Of a stretch of DNA of 64,000 nucleotides, positions 9,049 through 17,971 are shown piece after piece; position 1 is the stretch's first letter, and each line of letters begins with the position of its first letter. Origin of the DNA: Chloroflexota bacterium (GTDB lineage Bacteria > Chloroflexota > Anaerolineae > Anaerolineales > Villigracilaceae); assembly GCA_016234485.1 (NCBI GenBank), contig JACRBL010000037.1:41597-105596 (forward strand), in the 5' to 3' direction. The notes under the pieces were generated by a model. The model worked only from the letters and a program-made list of their open reading frames with translations. It had not been told where the DNA came from and ran no database searches. The position numbers and the translations under genes are program-made.

Positions 9049-9845
9049 CAGTTCAAGTCCTTTTCGTAGCCCGTTTCGATCAAGACCTGGCCGAAGCGTT
9101 GTTTAAAGGCCTGCGTGATCTGGGGCGTGAAGTAATTGCGCCAGTCGCCAGAGATGCCTTTTCGGAAATGGGAGGAAACGTCTTCCTCGCCCGGCTGGCG
9201 TCCTGCACGGCTTACAAAGGAATTGCGGCTGATAATCTCGTGCAAGTGAGACGAGGGAACCTCAATCGCACAATGCGCGACAATCTTTTCAAACTGGCCG
9301 ATCTCGTCGGCGATGATGTCTTCATAGCGGACGAGCAGGGCTTCTCCGCGCTGGCAGATCGGCAACCAGGAGGTTTGTATCCTGGCCTGGTAGGGCATTT
9401 CTTTCGAGGCGCTGTTCGTGCACAAGTAGAGGAAGCCTTCCTCAAGTTCCATCTCGTTAAGCCGACGGTGGCCTTCTTCCACTGTTTTTGAAATAATGGC
9501 GTGGCTGACCTTCAAACTAAAATAGAGCGAAACCAGCGTATCGCGCAAGTCGCGGATCACGACGAAGGTTTTTACGGGATATTTTTGCTCCACGAAATTT
9601 TGCCAATTTTGCCCGGCGGGAGAATCGGCTGGGGGCTGGGAGTCCGGCCAAAGCGTGGATTCGAAGCGATCACGCGGCGCGTAAACCGTCGGGTAGATCA
9701 TCCCCGGCTGGATGGGGTCATCATAGAATTGCGCCACCTGCACACGCGGTTTAACGATGCGCTCGGGGGCGCATTCATTCAGTATCTGGTACACCCACTG
9801 TGAACCCGATTTGACGTGCGTAACGTGAAAGATAGTCGGTTCCAT
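9045..9845 (-). CDS. sulfotransferase family protein (paralogue 2)
   Basis: 266 aa. FHVTHVKSGSQWV, VIRDLRDTLVSLYFSLKVSH, FRKGISGDWRNYFT. One-nt TAATG overlap with the upstream gene. Confidence 0.85.
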   Translation of the reverse strand: MEPTIFHVTHVKSGSQWVYQILNECAPERIVKPRVQVAQFYDDPIQPGMIYPTVYAPRDRFESTLWPDSQPPADSPAGQNWQNFVEQKYPVKTFVVIRDLRDTLVSLYFSLKVSHAIISKTVEEGHRRLNEMELEEGFLYLCTNSASKEMPYQARIQTSWLPICQRGEALLVRYEDIIADEIGQFEKIVAHCAIEVPSSHLHEIISRNSFVSRAGRQPGEEDVSSHFRKGISGDWRNYFTPQITQAFKQRFGQVLIETGYEKDLNW

Positions 9846-10669
9846 TACCAGTCCAGGTCTTTTTCGTATCCTGTTTCGATCAGGAGTTGCCCGTAGGCCT
9901 GTTTGAATTTTTCCTTGAGACGGTCGGAAAAATGGTTGCGCCAGTCGCCAGAGATGCCTTTGCGATAATGGGAGGAGGCGTCCTCTTCGCCGCGTTTGCG
10001 TCCCGCCTTGTTGGAGAAGGAGTTTTTAGCGACGATCTCTTCCAGACGCGATTTTGAAATGTCCATTTCGCAATATTCGGCGATCTTCGCGAACCAGGCC
10101 TGTTCGTCGGCGATCAGGTCTTCGTAGCGGACGAGCAACGCGCCGCCCTGGTCGCACACGGGCAACCAGGAGCGTTGAATTTCGGCTTGAATGGGCATGG
10201 CCTGTTCGGAGCGGCTTCCTTGCACGTCGCCGCAGAGGTAAAGCAAACCTTGCTCGATGTCCAAGTCGTTGAGTTTCTGGCTTCCTTCGGTCATAATATC
10301 GGAGAGCATGACGTGGCTGACCTTGAGGCTGAAGTAGTAGGAAACCAGCGTGTCGCGCAAATCGCGCAGGACGACAAACGTTTTGATGGGGCGATCCTGC
10401 TGGACAAAATTGCGATAGTTCTGCGAGGCAGGCGCGTAGAACGATTCGGGCGGCGACGTGGGGCGGAGCGCGGCTTCAAATCGGCCGCGCGCGACGTAGA
10501 CGGTGGGGTAGATCATCCCCGGCAGGATCGAGTCGCCGAAGAAGTGCAACATCCTCATGCGCGGGCGAACAATGCGCCGCGGGGCGGCTTCCAGCAAAAC
10601 CTGGTAGACCCATTGCGAGCCGGATTTTACATGGGTGATGTGAAAGATGGTTGGAAGTTGGTTCACCAA
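9845..10669 (-). CDS. sulfotransferase family protein (paralogue 3)
   Basis: 274 aa. FHITHVKSGSQWV, VLRDLRDTLVSYYFSLKVSH, YRKGISGDWRNHFS. TTG start (or GTG at 10666) lies within the TTGGTGA overlap with the upstream stop. Confidence 0.85.
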   Translation of the reverse strand: MVNQLPTIFHITHVKSGSQWVYQVLLEAAPRRIVRPRMRMLHFFGDSILPGMIYPTVYVARGRFEAALRPTSPPESFYAPASQNYRNFVQQDRPIKTFVVLRDLRDTLVSYYFSLKVSHVMLSDIMTEGSQKLNDLDIEQGLLYLCGDVQGSRSEQAMPIQAEIQRSWLPVCDQGGALLVRYEDLIADEQAWFAKIAEYCEMDISKSRLEEIVAKNSFSNKAGRKRGEEDASSHYRKGISGDWRNHFSDRLKEKFKQAYGQLLIETGYEKDLDW

Positions 10670-11484
10670 TTGAGATCCTTTTCGTAACCGGTGTCAATCA
10701 AGACCTGCCCATAGCGCCGTTTAAAGAAGGCTTTGAGCGGCTCGGTGAAATGATTTTTCCAATCGCCGGAGATGCCTTTTCGATAATGCGAGGACACGTC
10801 TTCCTGGCCAGGCTTGCGGCCGGTGCGATTTGCAAAAGAGTTGCTCTTAATGATCTGATGCAATCGGAACCTGGAAATATTGATTTCGCAATGCTCCACG
10901 ATCTTTTCAAATTGACCGACCTCGTCAGCCAGCATGTCTTCATAACGCATCAGAATGGATTCGCCGCTCTGGCAGATAGGCAACCAGGAGGATTGAATCC
11001 TGGCCTGCACCGGGGTACGCTGTTTCAACACCCACAGGAAGCCATCTTCGAAACTCATCTCATTCAATTCCACGCGTCCCTTCGAGATTTGATCGGAGAG
11101 TTCAGCGTGGCTGACCTTGATGCTGAAATAAAGCGACACCAGCGTATCGCGCAGATCGCGAATCACCACAAAGGTTTTAAAGGGCGCTTTTTTGACGGTG
11201 AAGTTGTACCAGTTCTTTACGCTAGATTCATCCTTGTCCGAATATTGATAGGTCGCCGCGTCCAGGTCAACTTTCGGGAACATCGTATCCTGAAATTTTT
11301 GGTACGGCACATATACAGTGGGATACACGCCACCGGGGATGATGGGGTCGCGATAGAACTGTTCGAGGAGAACATGCGGTTGAACATATCGTTCCGGGGC
11401 GCACTCCTGCAAGACCTGCAAAATCCATTGCGAGCCGGCCTTATAGTGAGTGATGTGAAAAACAGTGGGAAGCGTCTCTACCAT
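10663..11484 (-). CDS. sulfotransferase family protein (paralogue 4)
   Basis: 273 aa. FHITHYKAGSQWI, VIRDLRDTLVSLYFSIKVSH, YRKGISGDWKNHFT. 7-nt ATGGTAG overlap with the upstream gene. Confidence 0.85.
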   Translation of the reverse strand: MVETLPTVFHITHYKAGSQWILQVLQECAPERYVQPHVLLEQFYRDPIIPGGVYPTVYVPYQKFQDTMFPKVDLDAATYQYSDKDESSVKNWYNFTVKKAPFKTFVVIRDLRDTLVSLYFSIKVSHAELSDQISKGRVELNEMSFEDGFLWVLKQRTPVQARIQSSWLPICQSGESILMRYEDMLADEVGQFEKIVEHCEINISRFRLHQIIKSNSFANRTGRKPGQEDVSSHYRKGISGDWKNHFTEPLKAFFKRRYGQVLIDTGYEKDLNW

Positions 11485-12266
11485 TCCAGATTCTCCTCAT
11501 AGCCCATGTCAATCAAAACCTGGCCAAATTGCTTCTTAAATTCGGTCGAGATCTTCTCGGTAAAGTGATTTTTCCAATCGCCCGAAATCCCCTTGCGAAA
11601 ATGGGAGGAAACGTCCTCCTGTCCGGGCTTGCGGCCAGTCTGCTTCGCAAAGGAACAGCGCGTAACGATCTCGTGCAGGCGGGCTCGGGGAATGTCCATT
11701 TCGCAGTAATCCATGATCTGTTCGTACTGCCCGATCTCGTCGGCGATCATGTCCTCGTAGCGGAACAGGCGCGCCTCGCCGCGTTTACTGGCCTCCAGCC
11801 AGGAAGTCTGGATGCGCGCGATCAATTTACCGTTCCCCGCGCCGAAGAGATGCAAAATGCCATCTTCAAAGCTCAATTCGCTCAAGACGCGATGCTCGTT
11901 GGCGACATTATTGGAAATAATCTCATGGCTGACCTTCAAACTAAAATACAGCGAGATCAAGGTATCGCGCAGGTCGCGTACCACCACAAAGGCCTTCCAG
12001 GGCGCTTTGCCTTCCACGAAATTCTGCCAGTTTTGAAAAGCGGACACGTGAGGAGCGGGCTTCACCTTGGGAATAAATGTGGGCGCGAAGCGATCATACG
12101 GCACATAGACGGTGGGGTACACCTTGCCCGGCAGGATGGGGTCTTCGTAAAACTGCGCCACCTTCACGCGCGGCTTCACAATCCGTGTTGGGGTACATTC
12201 CTCCAAAATTTGATACACCCACTGCGAACCTGATTTGACGTGCGTAATATGAAAGACGGTGTTCAT
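11478..12266 (-). CDS. sulfotransferase family protein (paralogue 5)
   Basis: 262 aa. FHITHVKSGSQWV, VVRDLRDTLISLYFSLKVSH, FRKGISGDWKNHFT. Confidence 0.85.
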   Translation of the reverse strand: MNTVFHITHVKSGSQWVYQILEECTPTRIVKPRVKVAQFYEDPILPGKVYPTVYVPYDRFAPTFIPKVKPAPHVSAFQNWQNFVEGKAPWKAFVVVRDLRDTLISLYFSLKVSHEIISNNVANEHRVLSELSFEDGILHLFGAGNGKLIARIQTSWLEASKRGEARLFRYEDMIADEIGQYEQIMDYCEMDIPRARLHEIVTRCSFAKQTGRKPGQEDVSSHFRKGISGDWKNHFTEKISTEFKKQFGQVLIDMGYEENLEW

Positions 12267-12363
12267 TTCACCAATTCATGCCTTTCTCGTAACTTGTGAA
12301 TAACTTCGATTTGGCAACACAACCATAATTTCAAACTCACCCTGCGGAGCAGCCGACAGTCCG

Positions 12364-13221
12364 CTAATGAGCGTTTTCAGCCAGTCCAAGATCATAATTC
12401 GGTTCCGGATATCCGTAATAATCCATCATTGGGCGATGGGTTTCCCAAAGCAGTCGCAATTGCTCCTTGGAATAATTCTCTTCCCATTCGCCAGTTTTGC
12501 CCTGGCGCGTCAGTTTCGGGCGCATCTCATGGTAATACTCGAACGAGCGCAACTCCCTGGAAAGAACCGGCATCCCCAGAAAAGCGGCCAACGTATCGCA
12601 AAAAGCCAACTCGCCCGCGGCAATGTCCTCATACTTTGCGAGGTAATAGCGTGGCCCGAGCGGAGGAACCACCTTCAACCACTTCTGGTGATACTCGTTC
12701 CAGTTATCGAACACGTCTTCTTTAATAACCGTTGTGAGCTCGGTACTTTTGCGATTCTTGATATCCTGCTTGAAATTGTAATAAGACCAGATCACCGCGC
12801 CCGGGTTGCGAACCAAATGGATCACATATTCACCAGGGAGATATTCCTGATATGGCCCAAAATGCGTCTTGAGAAAATAGACCTGGCTATCCTCCGCCAG
12901 CGCCTTGCGGACTTCCATTTCCTTCACCACGTTCCGGCAACCATGCGCCAGGAAATAACAATCGCCCGAAATTTCTGGGATGCGGTATCCCAGCATCCAG
13001 GGCTTCAACGCGGCGGGATAGGGTTTCAACTGCTCTTCGGTCAGGTCGAAAAGCGGAAGCGAAAACCACTTGCGGGCGGTCTGCGCGCTTTTTGTGCGGG
13101 CGATCTCGCTGGTTTTGTGCATCACGTGGATGTTCGTGGTGGGACGTTTAAATTGATTCCCCAACAGAGACTGTAGCCAAAAGTTGCCACTGCGAGGATA
13201 CGATGCCACATAAATAATCAT
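12364..13221 (-). CDS. sulfotransferase family protein (distinct subfamily)
   Basis: 285 aa. N-terminal SYPRSGNFWL resembles the PKSGTTW PAPS 5'-phosphosulfate loop. Also HLVRNPGAVIWSYY (3'-PB-like) and RQGKTGEWEENYS. AAGGAG lies 7 nt upstream of the ATG. Confidence 0.75.
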   Translation of the reverse strand: MIIYVASYPRSGNFWLQSLLGNQFKRPTTNIHVMHKTSEIARTKSAQTARKWFSLPLFDLTEEQLKPYPAALKPWMLGYRIPEISGDCYFLAHGCRNVVKEMEVRKALAEDSQVYFLKTHFGPYQEYLPGEYVIHLVRNPGAVIWSYYNFKQDIKNRKSTELTTVIKEDVFDNWNEYHQKWLKVVPPLGPRYYLAKYEDIAAGELAFCDTLAAFLGMPVLSRELRSFEYYHEMRPKLTRQGKTGEWEENYSKEQLRLLWETHRPMMDYYGYPEPNYDLGLAENAH

Positions 13222-13247
13222 GCCGGGCTCCTTATTTCGTCATTGTA

Positions 13248-14651
13248 CTATACCTGCTCATCACGGAGCGTTTGCATGTGGCTTTCCCCGGGCAGGTTGC
13301 TTACGCCGCTGTGCAAGAGTTCGAGTTCCTCGCCGTGCCGCGCCGTCACCGCCACGGCAAAGGCCCCCTCCAAACGCCAAATGCGCCGGACTGCGTCCTT
13401 CTCGCCCCGATGCCCAAACTTCTCCAAGCGCGAAGAAACGTCGCCCGTCAAGGTGGTGCATTCGAGATTGAAAACATAATTGCCGGGAGCCAGCCCAAGT
13501 GTGATGGTTTGTTGATAACGAACGGTCTCGCCGCGTGCGACAGACACCGGAGCGCTCATTCGATTTTGGACTGAATTTTTTCCATGCACCAGCAAATTCC
13601 GGGGGTCGCGGATTTCCACATTGACCACAGGCGTTCCAATATCCTCTTTCAATTGGAATTCGCAATAAAGATGCAAACGATCTCCCTGCTTGAACACTGA
13701 CTCGGGCTGACCCTCGTCATTCAACACCGCCATGCGGGTGATGACACTGCGAGACTTGCCGGTCGCTTTCGGGAAGGACGTGAAGCGAAACGCCTCCGCC
13801 CGCGGCCACGCCATGGACCCTTCGGCGGGCGCGACCAGCGCGGGCAGAGAGGCCGGCAATTGAGGCGCGGCTTCGTCGTCGTCCAATTCCATTCTTCGGA
13901 CAGCGTCGGCATTTTTTTCGCCGCGCACCTGCATATATAAACGAATCCCCTCCATGGGGTCGCCGTCGAACGCTTTTTCTCCCTGGTTGATAACGATCAC
14001 ACGATTGCAATAGCGCTGAACCACAGCCATGCTATGCGTAACCAGCAGGATGGAAGTTTTCTGTTCGATCAATTCAGCCAGGCGGGCAAAACACTTCACC
14101 TTGAAGAAGATATCCCCCACCGCCAAGACCTCGTCCAATATCAATATGTCGGTATCCATGAAGGCAAACATCGAGAACGAAAGGCGCGTCCTCATGCCTG
14201 TGGAATAGGTTCGCAATGGCTGTTCAAAGAAATCGCCTAATTCGGAAAATTCCCTGATGCGTTCCATGCGCTCCTGCACGTATCCATCGGGGAAGCCCAT
14301 CAGTTGCCCCGAGCGAATCACGTTTTCGCGCCCGGTCAGGTCCTGGTCGGTTCCGCCGGTCAATTCAAGGATGGACAGGACGCGGCCGCGCGACTCGTAC
14401 GAGCCTTCGGTGGGACGTAAAACGTCGGTGATCACCCGTAGCAGGGTGCTTTTCCCCGCGCCATTTGGGCCGACAATGCCAACAAACTCCCCTTTTTTCA
14501 CATCAAACGAGATGCCATTAAGAGCCCAGAAATCACGATGATAGGAGCGTTTGCCTAAAAAGAGCCACTCTTTCAGAATACCCATCGGGCTGGGATAAAT
14601 CTTGAAGCGCTTCTTAAGGTCACGCACCTCCAAAACATTGTTCTCGTTCAC
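13248..14651 (-). CDS. wzt: polysaccharide ABC transporter ATP-binding protein with C-terminal substrate-binding-like extension (Wzt/TagH type)
   Basis: 467 aa. Walker A GPNGAGKST, signature YSTGMRTRLSF, Walker B ILILDE. A ~200-aa C-terminal extension follows the NBD. GTG start in a GTGA overlap with the permease stop. Confidence 0.85.
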   Translation of the reverse strand: MNENNVLEVRDLKKRFKIYPSPMGILKEWLFLGKRSYHRDFWALNGISFDVKKGEFVGIVGPNGAGKSTLLRVITDVLRPTEGSYESRGRVLSILELTGGTDQDLTGRENVIRSGQLMGFPDGYVQERMERIREFSELGDFFEQPLRTYSTGMRTRLSFSMFAFMDTDILILDEVLAVGDIFFKVKCFARLAELIEQKTSILLVTHSMAVVQRYCNRVIVINQGEKAFDGDPMEGIRLYMQVRGEKNADAVRRMELDDDEAAPQLPASLPALVAPAEGSMAWPRAEAFRFTSFPKATGKSRSVITRMAVLNDEGQPESVFKQGDRLHLYCEFQLKEDIGTPVVNVEIRDPRNLLVHGKNSVQNRMSAPVSVARGETVRYQQTITLGLAPGNYVFNLECTTLTGDVSSRLEKFGHRGEKDAVRRIWRLEGAFAVAVTARHGEELELLHSGVSNLPGESHMQTLRDEQV

Positions 14652-15430
14652 ATCAAATCCTTTACTTCAGCGCCAAGTCGTTTCGACACCAGCGAACCGA
14701 GCAGTCCAAATACAAACGTCCAGGCGAGCATGTGAATCCATGCTTCGGGTGATGGAAGTTTTCCATTTAAGTACACATCGCGAATGGAGGAGAGAAAGTA
14801 GTAGGGCGGATTAAATTGCATGATCGGACGCGCCCATTCCGGCATCAGGTCGAGAGAATAATTAATGGGCAGAGTCCAACGCCAGAGCTGGACCAGCACG
14901 CCCAAGATCTCCCCCACATCGGGGAAAAAGACGCGCAGATGCGCTACGATCAACGAGACGCCAAATCCCAGCGCGACCAACAAAAACGCGAGGACCGGAA
15001 GGATCAACATGCTCCACGAGGGCGAATTGCCAAAAGCGATGTTCACGGGAATGAGGATGATCGTATAAATGACCAGGGTCATAAACGCAATCAACGACTC
15101 TTTGGCGATGAACACATCCGTGGAAACCGCCAGCCGCCGCAAATAAACAGCCGAGGTGTTGAGCGCGTTACTGCCGTGCATGATCAAACTGGAAAACGCC
15201 AGCCAGGGAAACAATCCGCACAGCAAAAAGATCGTGTAAGACCCGCTCCGTCCATCGCCCGCGCGCAGGCCGATCAGGTAGGAAAAAACAAACGAATAAA
15301 GGGCCGCCTCAAGGATCGGGTTAACGATGAACCAAAACACCCCCAGCACCGATCCCGCGTATCGGAACCGAAACTCGCTCCAGAAGGAACCGAATAAAAA
15401 ACGACGGTGGACAAACAGGTTTTTCAGCAT
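14648..15430 (-). CDS. wzm: ABC-2 type polysaccharide transporter permease (Wzm type)
   Basis: Six predicted TM segments and an N-terminus MLKNLFVHRRFLFGSFWSEFRFRY, typical of the ABC-2 family. The track ORF extends to a TTG at 15472. I prefer the ATG at 15430, which sits 7 nt after a TATACC -10-like box. Confidence 0.8.
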   Translation of the reverse strand: MLKNLFVHRRFLFGSFWSEFRFRYAGSVLGVFWFIVNPILEAALYSFVFSYLIGLRAGDGRSGSYTIFLLCGLFPWLAFSSLIMHGSNALNTSAVYLRRLAVSTDVFIAKESLIAFMTLVIYTIILIPVNIAFGNSPSWSMLILPVLAFLLVALGFGVSLIVAHLRVFFPDVGEILGVLVQLWRWTLPINYSLDLMPEWARPIMQFNPPYYFLSSIRDVYLNGKLPSPEAWIHMLAWTFVFGLLGSLVSKRLGAEVKDLM

Positions 15431-15508
15431 ATCCAGGGGTATACCCCAGCCTCCAAAAGATACAGAGCGCAACGGCTGAACCCCGTGCGCTTCTGCATGC
15501 TCCGAACG

Positions 15509-15541
15509 AAAACCCTAAAGGCTGGCCTTTAGGGTTTTTTC
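15509..15541 (-). terminator. rho-independent terminator downstream of rplS
   Basis: Hairpin AAAACCCTAAAGGC-TGGC-CTTTAGGGTTTT with flanking T/A runs, between the rplS stop (15545) and the wzm start. Confidence 0.6.
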
Positions 15542-15544
15542 AGG

Positions 15545-15895
15545 CTAATCGAATTTCTGTTTCAACCGTGCAGATTTGCCCGTGCGGCCGCGCATGAAAT
15601 ACAACTGGGCGCGTCGGACGACGTTGTGGCGTTCGACCACCACCTTATCAATACGCGGAGAACGGAGCAGGAAGGTACGCTCCACGCCCACACCGTTGCT
15701 CGCCACACGGCGGACGGTGAACGAGGACTCGTTGCCGCCCTTGCGGAGGCGAATGATCGTTCCCTTAAACTCCTGGATGCGCTCGCGCTCGCCTTCTTTG
15801 ATCTTAACATGCACGCTCACGGTATCGCCAGGCTTCAAGGCGGGGATTTTCTCATTGCTTGCAACTTCAAATGATTTCATGATCTGGTCAGACAT
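15545..15895 (-). CDS. rplS: 50S ribosomal protein L19
   Basis: 116 aa. [34 protein letters not shown]...FTVRRV...GVERTF is a characteristic L19 sequence. AAGGA RBS. Confidence 0.95.
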   Translation of the reverse strand: MSDQIMKSFEVASNEKIPALKPGDTVSVHVKIKEGERERIQEFKGTIIRLRKGGNESSFTVRRVASNGVGVERTFLLRSPRIDKVVVERHNVVRRAQLYFMRGRTGKSARLKQKFD

Positions 15896-15984
15896 ATTCT
15901 TTCATCCTTACGTTGGGTTCTGTTTTAGCGACGGCGCATTATAGCACACAGATATGGAGGCGGCAAGGAAATGTCTGGCGACAA

Positions 15985-16016
15985 AAAACCTGGTTTCGGC
16001 TTGAAACCAGGTTTTC
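15985..16016 (-). terminator. rho-independent terminator downstream of 16023-16613
   Basis: On the minus strand: AAACCTGGTTTC-AAGCC-GAAACCAGGTTT followed by TTTTGT. Confidence 0.65.
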
Positions 16017-16022
16017 GGGGGG

Positions 16023-16613
16023 TTACATCGGGTCGCAGGTCGCTTCGTGGATGCCCGTCAGCGCATCCCACAGCGACGAGGCCATCTTCTCGCAGGCCGC
16101 GAGCGCGTCCGCCTGTTCGTCAGCGGGCAGGGACGCGATCTGACGCAGGATCTTTTCCGATTCGTGCCAGTTGGCAGAGTGGACCTCAAAATAAGGCTCC
16201 ACACCTTGCGGAAGCTTGTAGTGCGTCTTCAACCCGTCCAGTTTGGATTGGGCGGTGGCGGGTTGCTGGGCTTCGAAAGCGTACAACGCGCCCAGCGCGG
16301 AGGCTCGGGAGGCGAACAACGCGTCCGAAGCGCGGACCAGGCTGAGGGTCTGCGGAAGCGAAGCGGGAGCGGTGAACCCGCCCAAAGCCGCGGTGAAATC
16401 CGTCCACAGGTTGGCGTGGTCGCGTTCCTCGTCGGCAGTTTCGGCGTCGTTCAACGTCTCCCAGGCGCGAGGCAGTGTCGCGATAAAGTCGCCATATTCG
16501 CGGGCGTAAACTTGCAGGGCTTCCACGGGCAGGGTTCCCGCGCTCCAGGCCTGATAGAATGGGTGCTGAAGCAGGTTCCATTTTTCGAGAACGGCATCGA
16601 GTTTCTGTTTCAT
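16023..16613 (-). CDS. PqqC/TenA/CADD-like heme-oxygenase-fold iron-containing redox enzyme family protein
   Basis: Trimmed to the ATG at 16613 (MKQKLDAVLEKWNLLQHPFYQAWSAGTLPVEALQVYAREY...), preceded by AAAGGAG. HPFYxxWxxGxLxxxxLxxY is the family hallmark. Confidence 0.6.
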   Translation of the reverse strand: MKQKLDAVLEKWNLLQHPFYQAWSAGTLPVEALQVYAREYGDFIATLPRAWETLNDAETADEERDHANLWTDFTAALGGFTAPASLPQTLSLVRASDALFASRASALGALYAFEAQQPATAQSKLDGLKTHYKLPQGVEPYFEVHSANWHESEKILRQIASLPADEQADALAACEKMASSLWDALTGIHEATCDPM

Positions 16614-16660
16614 ATTGGTCTCCTTTTGAATTTGGATAATATTACTCCAATTTCTAAAAA

Positions 16661-17044
16661 ATGAACACACTAAAACGCTGGACTCCTTCTTTCGTGTTGA
16701 TGGCGATCATCTTCGCATTTTCCTCCACCCCATCGAAAGAAATGCCAAATTTTGGGCTGGTGGATTTTCTGGTAAAAAAAGGCGGACACATGCTCGGCTA
16801 TGCTTTGCTCGCGCTGGCCAACCTGCGCGGGCTAAACGGCAAACGTCCGTGGCTGGCATGGATGTTGACATTGACCTTCGCGGCCTCGGACGAATTTCAC
16901 CAATCCTTCGTTACAGGACGACACGCCGCGATCATGGACGTTTTGCTCTTCGACAATCTCGGCTCTCTTCTTGGACTTTTGGCCGCGCGCCTCTTTCAAA
17001 GGCGGAATCAAAAAGGCGACGCATCCGCGCCGCCCAAAAACTGA
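16661..17044 (+). CDS. VanZ family membrane protein
   Basis: 127 aa with four hydrophobic segments. KKGGHMLGYALLA and SDEFHQSFVTGR match VanZ-like conserved blocks. Confidence 0.7.
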   Translation: MNTLKRWTPSFVLMAIIFAFSSTPSKEMPNFGLVDFLVKKGGHMLGYALLALANLRGLNGKRPWLAWMLTLTFAASDEFHQSFVTGRHAAIMDVLLFDNLGSLLGLLAARLFQRRNQKGDASAPPKN

Positions 17045-17060
17045 TGACTGAATCTTGGCT

Positions 17061-17825
17061 CTACTCAAACTCCAGATCGAATTCTTCCCCTTCTCTAAAT
17101 TCTTCCAAGGGCTGAATGGCAATATCGCTGAACAAGGTTTCCTGTTGCGCCTGCACGCGATAACGCTTCACCAATTCCAACAATGCCAAAAATGTGACGA
17201 CGATCTCGAGCCGCGTCGGTTTTTCGCCCAGCAGGGTGCGGAAAGTCGCGCCATGCTCCACGCGCAATCGGGTGGAGATCAACTCGATCTTCTCGCGGAT
17301 CGTCACCTTCGGCGCGGAGATGACCGTGCCAAGCGCCTGCTTTTCTTTCTCCGCCGCGAGAGTCCGTTCGGCGGCATCGAGCAGGTCGGCTAGGGAGATG
17401 CCCGAAAGGTCGAGTTTGGCTTCCACTTTGGGCGGAGGCGCCACGCGCAGGAATGTCCGCAAGTTTTGATGCTGACGTTCCTCCAGCCACCCGCCGATCT
17501 CTTTGTAGCGTTTGTACAATCTTAGCTGACGCGCCAAATCCTCGGCGGGGTCGGCCTCACCCACCTCACGTACGGGCGGACGCGGCAGGAGCGCTTCCGA
17601 TTTGATCTGGATCAATTTCGACGCGATTACAAGGAACGAGGAGATTTCGTCGGGCGTCACCTTTTCCAGTGCGCGGACGTAGGTCAGATACTGGTCGGTC
17701 ACCTGCGCGAGGGAGATGACGGTGATGTCCAACTCGGCGCGTTCGATCAGGTCGAGCAAAAGCGCGAGCGGACCCTCGTAAACAGGGATGGCGACGTTGT
17801 AAGAAGTCTGAATGGTCGGAAGCAT
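17061..17825 (-). CDS. scpA: segregation and condensation protein A
   Basis: 254 aa. The N-terminus [32 protein letters not shown] is the ScpA kleisin signature. Confidence 0.9.
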   Translation of the reverse strand: MLPTIQTSYNVAIPVYEGPLALLLDLIERAELDITVISLAQVTDQYLTYVRALEKVTPDEISSFLVIASKLIQIKSEALLPRPPVREVGEADPAEDLARQLRLYKRYKEIGGWLEERQHQNLRTFLRVAPPPKVEAKLDLSGISLADLLDAAERTLAAEKEKQALGTVISAPKVTIREKIELISTRLRVEHGATFRTLLGEKPTRLEIVVTFLALLELVKRYRVQAQQETLFSDIAIQPLEEFREGEEFDLEFE

Positions 17826-17971
17826 GGCGGCGGGATTATATCATTGCCGCGTAGGTCGGACACTTGCTTGTTATTGCGGCAGTTCGATTTGCTTGGCAAA
17901 TCGTGCCGCATACAGCAGTCCAACTGCTGTGAAAACGAGTCGCGTAGGTCGGATTGGCAATCCGACCCGTG

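Noticed and set aside
7463-13176. Long plus-strand ORFs antisense to the methyltransferase and sulfotransferase genes (7463-8314, 8644-9069, 10175-10687, 10651-11502, 11529-12233, 12367-13176).
   Set aside because: Each mirrors a minus-strand gene with strong family motifs. The antisense translations lack motifs and are typical GC-skewed frame artefacts.
13220-13665. Pro/Arg-rich ORFs (13220-13471 +, 13243-13479 +, 13261-13665 -) at the 3' end of wzt.
   Set aside because: They are alternative frames of the Wzt C-terminal domain coding region, with no independent signals.
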